From Gammaproteobacteria bacterium (GTDB lineage Bacteria > Pseudomonadota > Gammaproteobacteria > Natronospirales > REEB76), in assembly GCA_035701605.1 (NCBI GenBank), contig DASSRV010000081.1, positions 1 through 35,866 of the forward strand: DNA of 35,866 nt. The letters are read 5' to 3'. The position numbers and the translations under genes were made by a program. Shown here piece after piece: positions 33,275 to 35,866 of the stretch. The notes under the pieces were generated by a model. It worked only from the letters and a program-made list of their open reading frames with translations. It did no database searches and was not told the origin of the DNA. Position 1 is the first letter of the stretch; every line of letters starts with the position of its first letter.

Positions 33275-35866
33275 ATGAAACCCGCAGAGCAAATGGTTGC
33301 CCTCGTTACCGAGATCCCCGTGCAGGAAGCGTCCGCAGACATCTGGGACAAGAAGTACCGCCTCAAGGCCAAGGACGGCACGATTCTGGACCAGACCGTG
33401 GACGACACCTGGCAGCGCGTGGCGCGCGCCCTGGCGGACGTCGAGGCGCCGGAAAAGCGCGAGCAGTGGTACGGCAAGTTCCTGTGGGCGCTCAGGCACG
33501 GCGCGATCCCGGCCGGCCGCATCACCTCCAATGCCGGCGCGCTGGCGCACAAGCCCGCGACCTCCACCATCAACTGTACGGTGTCCGGCACCATCCGCGA
33601 TTCCATGGACGACATCCTGGGCAAAGTGCACGAGGCCGGGTTGACGCTCAAGGCGGGCTGCGTGGCGCCCGGCACCTGGGTGCGCACCGAGCACGGGCTG
33701 GTGACGGTGGAACAGGCCGTCGGCGAACGTCACCGGCAAATCCTCAGCTATGACAGGGACGCCGGTCGTTTCGAGATGCGCCCGGTCATCAAGCACCTGA
33801 CCGTGGACGTGAAGCGCGCCGACAACATCGAAATCGTGGCCAACGGTGCGTCCCTGAAAACGTCCATCCGGCATCCGGTACTGGTGTACCGGCAGGGTGC
33901 GCTGGTGTACGTGCGTGCCGATGACGTGCAGCGGGATGACGCGCTCGTCCAGCATCGTTTTGCCTGGTCTGCCGATCCGGCTGGCGTCATGAACGCCTGG
34001 TTTGCCGGGGCGCACCTGGGGGATGGCAGCGCGCACGAAAAGAAAATGGCGTACAAGCCGACGCGCGCGTCGTGGGCGGCACGCGCCCGGTCCGCCGGCG
34101 CCCGTTTCGTATTCAAGATCCGGGCCGCGGAACGCGAAGTGGTGGAACGCTACGCGGAATTCTTCCGGGGCTTTTGCCGGAGCGAGGCGCAGGTCGCGGC
34201 GGCCGTGACGTCGAACGGTACGCCAGTATGGGATTACGCAGTCGCCAGTTTTGCCGCAAGCCGGGCCGTGGAACTGATTGACGGCCAGACCGGCAGCAAG
34301 ACCGTATCTCTGCGCGTCCCCGCCTGGATCAAATCGGAGCCGGAAAAATATTTCCTGCCGTTCCTCGCCGGTCTGCTGGACACGGACGGGACCGTCAGCC
34401 GCGAACGCGGCAGCGCCAGTCTCGCCACCCAGAATTACACCTTTGCCCGCGAACTGAAGGCGCTCCTGGCCCTGTTCGGGGTGCATGGCGCGCTGACCGT
34501 TCGCAAGCCGCGCAGCCACGCATTGAACGGGCACGAGGTGCGGGACAGCGGCGGAGTGATGCTGAAAATTTCCGATTCCGCCTTCCTGCAACGCGTTGCG
34601 CAGTACATGGCGGACAGCGGCAAGCGTACGCGGATTCTGGAATGCGCCAGCCAGTCGGGGCAGTACGATCATTACCGGATACCGGTGGCGCTGCGCGACG
34701 CCCTCGCCGAGCAATCCGCCCAGCTTGCGCACACCGAACGGCAGGCGCTCGGCTTCTATCATGGCTACCATCTGGGAGAAACGGTCAGCCGGATCTGGCT
34801 CGACCGCTGGGAAACCCGCTTTCCGCGCCTTGCGCCGCTCATCGCATTTGCCCGCACGCTGCGTCCGGTGGATGCGATCCGCCGTGCCGTGGATTTGCCC
34901 GAAACTTTTTACGATTTCGAGGTGGAAGGCAACCACAACTATCTCGCCGGCAACGACGGGTTGCTCGTGATCCACAATTGCGGCATCGGCTATGAATTTT
35001 CCACCATGCGTCCGCGCGGCGCCTATGTCGCGGGCGCCGGGGCCTACACGTCCGGGCCGCTGTCGTTCATGGATATCTACGACAAGATGTGCTTCACGGT
35101 GTCGTCCGCCGGCGGCCGGCGCGGCGCGCAGATGGGCACCTTCGATGTCGGCCATCCCGACGTGCTGGATTTCATTCGCGCCAAGCGCGAGAACGGCCGG
35201 CTGCGGCAGTTCAACCTGTCGCTCCTGGTGACGCGCGATTTCATGGAAGCCGTGAAGGCCGATGCGGACTGGAAGCTCGCGTTCCCCCTGGACAAGAAGG
35301 AAGTCGAGAGCGGGGATATTGCTCTCGACGATGCGGAACAGGTGGTGTGGCGCGAGTGGCCGACCACCCAGGGCTACATCGTGAACGCCGCGGGCCTCGT
35401 CGCCTGCAAGGTGTACAAGACCCTGCACGCGCGCCGCGTGTGGGACATGATCATGGCCTCCACCTACGACTTTGCCGAGCCCGGCTTCGTGCTCATAGAC
35501 AAGGTCAACGAAATGAACAACAACTGGTGGTGCGAAGACATTCGCGCGACGAACCCGTGCGGCGAGCAACCGCTGCCCCCTTACGGCGCGTGCCTGCTCG
35601 GGTCGATCAATCTCACCAAGTTCGTGCGCGATCCCTTCACCCCCAAGGCCCGCTTCGACTGGGACGAGTTCCGCGAAGTCGTCAAGGTCTTCACGCGGAT
35701 GCTCGACAACGTCGTCGAGGTCAACGGCCTGCCGCTTCCCGAGCAGCGCGAGGAGATAGCGCGCAAGCGCCGTCACGGAATGGGCTTCCTCGGCCTCGGT
35801 TCCGCGATCGCTTTGCTAGGGCTTCGCTACGGCTCGCCCGAGTCGATCCAGTTCACCGAGGACGTG
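33275..35866 (+). CDS. nrdJ: Class II (adenosylcobalamin-dependent) ribonucleotide reductase NrdJ, intein-containing; 3' end lies outside the window
   Basis: I translated this frame by hand from ATG 33275 (in-frame TAA at 33269) to the window end (864 codons) and met no stop. The N-extein reads ...AIPAGRITSNAGA...TINCTVSGTIRDSMDDILGKVHEAGLTLKAG. The C-extein reads CGIGYEFSTMRPRGAYVAGAGAYTSGPLSFMDIYDKMC...GGRRGAQMGT...ATNPCGEQPLPPYGACLLGSINL. It is missing from the ORF track because it has no stop inside the window. Confidence 0.9.
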   Translation, partial: MKPAEQMVALVTEIPVQEASADIWDKKYRLKAKDGTILDQTVDDTWQRVARALADVEAPEKREQWYGKFLWALRHGAIPAGRITSNAGALAHKPATSTINCTVSGTIRDSMDDILGKVHEAGLTLKAGCVAPGTWVRTEHGLVTVEQAVGERHRQILSYDRDAGRFEMRPVIKHLTVDVKRADNIEIVANGASLKTSIRHPVLVYRQGALVYVRADDVQRDDALVQHRFAWSADPAGVMNAWFAGAHLGDGSAHEKKMAYKPTRASWAARARSAGARFVFKIRAAEREVVERYAEFFRGFCRSEAQVAAAVTSNGTPVWDYAVASFAASRAVELIDGQTGSKTVSLRVPAWIKSEPEKYFLPFLAGLLDTDGTVSRERGSASLATQNYTFARELKALLALFGVHGALTVRKPRSHALNGHEVRDSGGVMLKISDSAFLQRVAQYMADSGKRTRILECASQSGQYDHYRIPVALRDALAEQSAQLAHTERQALGFYHGYHLGETVSRIWLDRWETRFPRLAPLIAFARTLRPVDAIRRAVDLPETFYDFEVEGNHNYLAGNDGLLVIHNCGIGYEFSTMRPRGAYVAGAGAYTSGPLSFMDIYDKMCFTVSSAGGRRGAQMGTFDVGHPDVLDFIRAKRENGRLRQFNLSLLVTRDFMEAVKADADWKLAFPLDKKEVESGDIALDDAEQVVWREWPTTQGYIVNAAGLVACKVYKTLHARRVWDMIMASTYDFAEPGFVLIDKVNEMNNNWWCEDIRATNPCGEQPLPPYGACLLGSINLTKFVRDPFTPKARFDWDEFREVVKVFTRMLDNVVEVNGLPLPEQREEIARKRRHGMGFLGLGSAIALLGLRYGSPESIQFTEDV
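33659..34978 (+). mobile_element. Intein (Hint splicing domain plus LAGLIDADG homing endonuclease), 440 aa, inside nrdJ
   Basis: It starts with Cys (CVAPGTWVRTEHG) and has a block-B-like KTSIRHPVLV. Two LAGLIDADG motifs are present: WFAGAHLGDGSA and FLAGLLDTDGTV. The C-terminal blocks read FYDFEVEGNHNYLAGNDGLLVIHN, followed by a +1 Cys (CGIGY). Confidence 0.85.

Noticed and set aside
33143-35776. An 877-aa ORF on the minus strand, the longest ORF in the track
   Set aside because: It is antisense to the NrdJ/intein reading frame. Its sequence is Arg/Ala/Gly/His-rich and low in complexity, with no recognisable motif. In GC-rich DNA the strand opposite a real gene often stays open. The + strand frame has unmistakable RNR and intein motifs.

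Overview
This is a GC-rich chromosomal segment with a gammaproteobacterial-type gene order. The backbone is housekeeping: uvrD 3' end, a LOG-family gene, the rpsU-yqeY-dnaG-rpoD macromolecular-synthesis cluster, divergent tsaD, folB-folK, an S41 peptidase, a pteridine-reductase-like SDR, a MidA-type methyltransferase, cca, a cyclophilin, an aldehyde dehydrogenase, slt, an ABC-2 exporter pair, a DegQ/HtrA protease, an Hsp20 and a class II ribonucleotide reductase. Small accessory islets interrupt this backbone. One lies beside a tRNA(CAT) and holds a Phd/zeta-type toxin-antitoxin pair and an AT-richer cytochrome P460 gene. A second lies between midA and cca and holds ParE plus antitoxin, arsR-arsI, a frameshifted HigB-like toxin with an intact HigA, and an orphan AT-rich ORF. 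A family of GAAA-loop REP hairpins is scattered through the window, and one copy appears split by a roughly 240-bp insertion. The most notable feature is absent from the supplied ORF track. The + strand from 33275 is open to the window end and encodes NrdJ interrupted by a 440-aa intein with a LAGLIDADG homing endonuclease (33659-34978). The track instead shows an 877-aa antisense shadow ORF there. I found no CRISPR array, rRNA, intact IS or prophage, and no convincing novel multi-gene system. The accessory modules are mostly recognisable families in somewhat unusual arrangements. All calls rest on reading the translations and sequence by eye, since no searches could be run.
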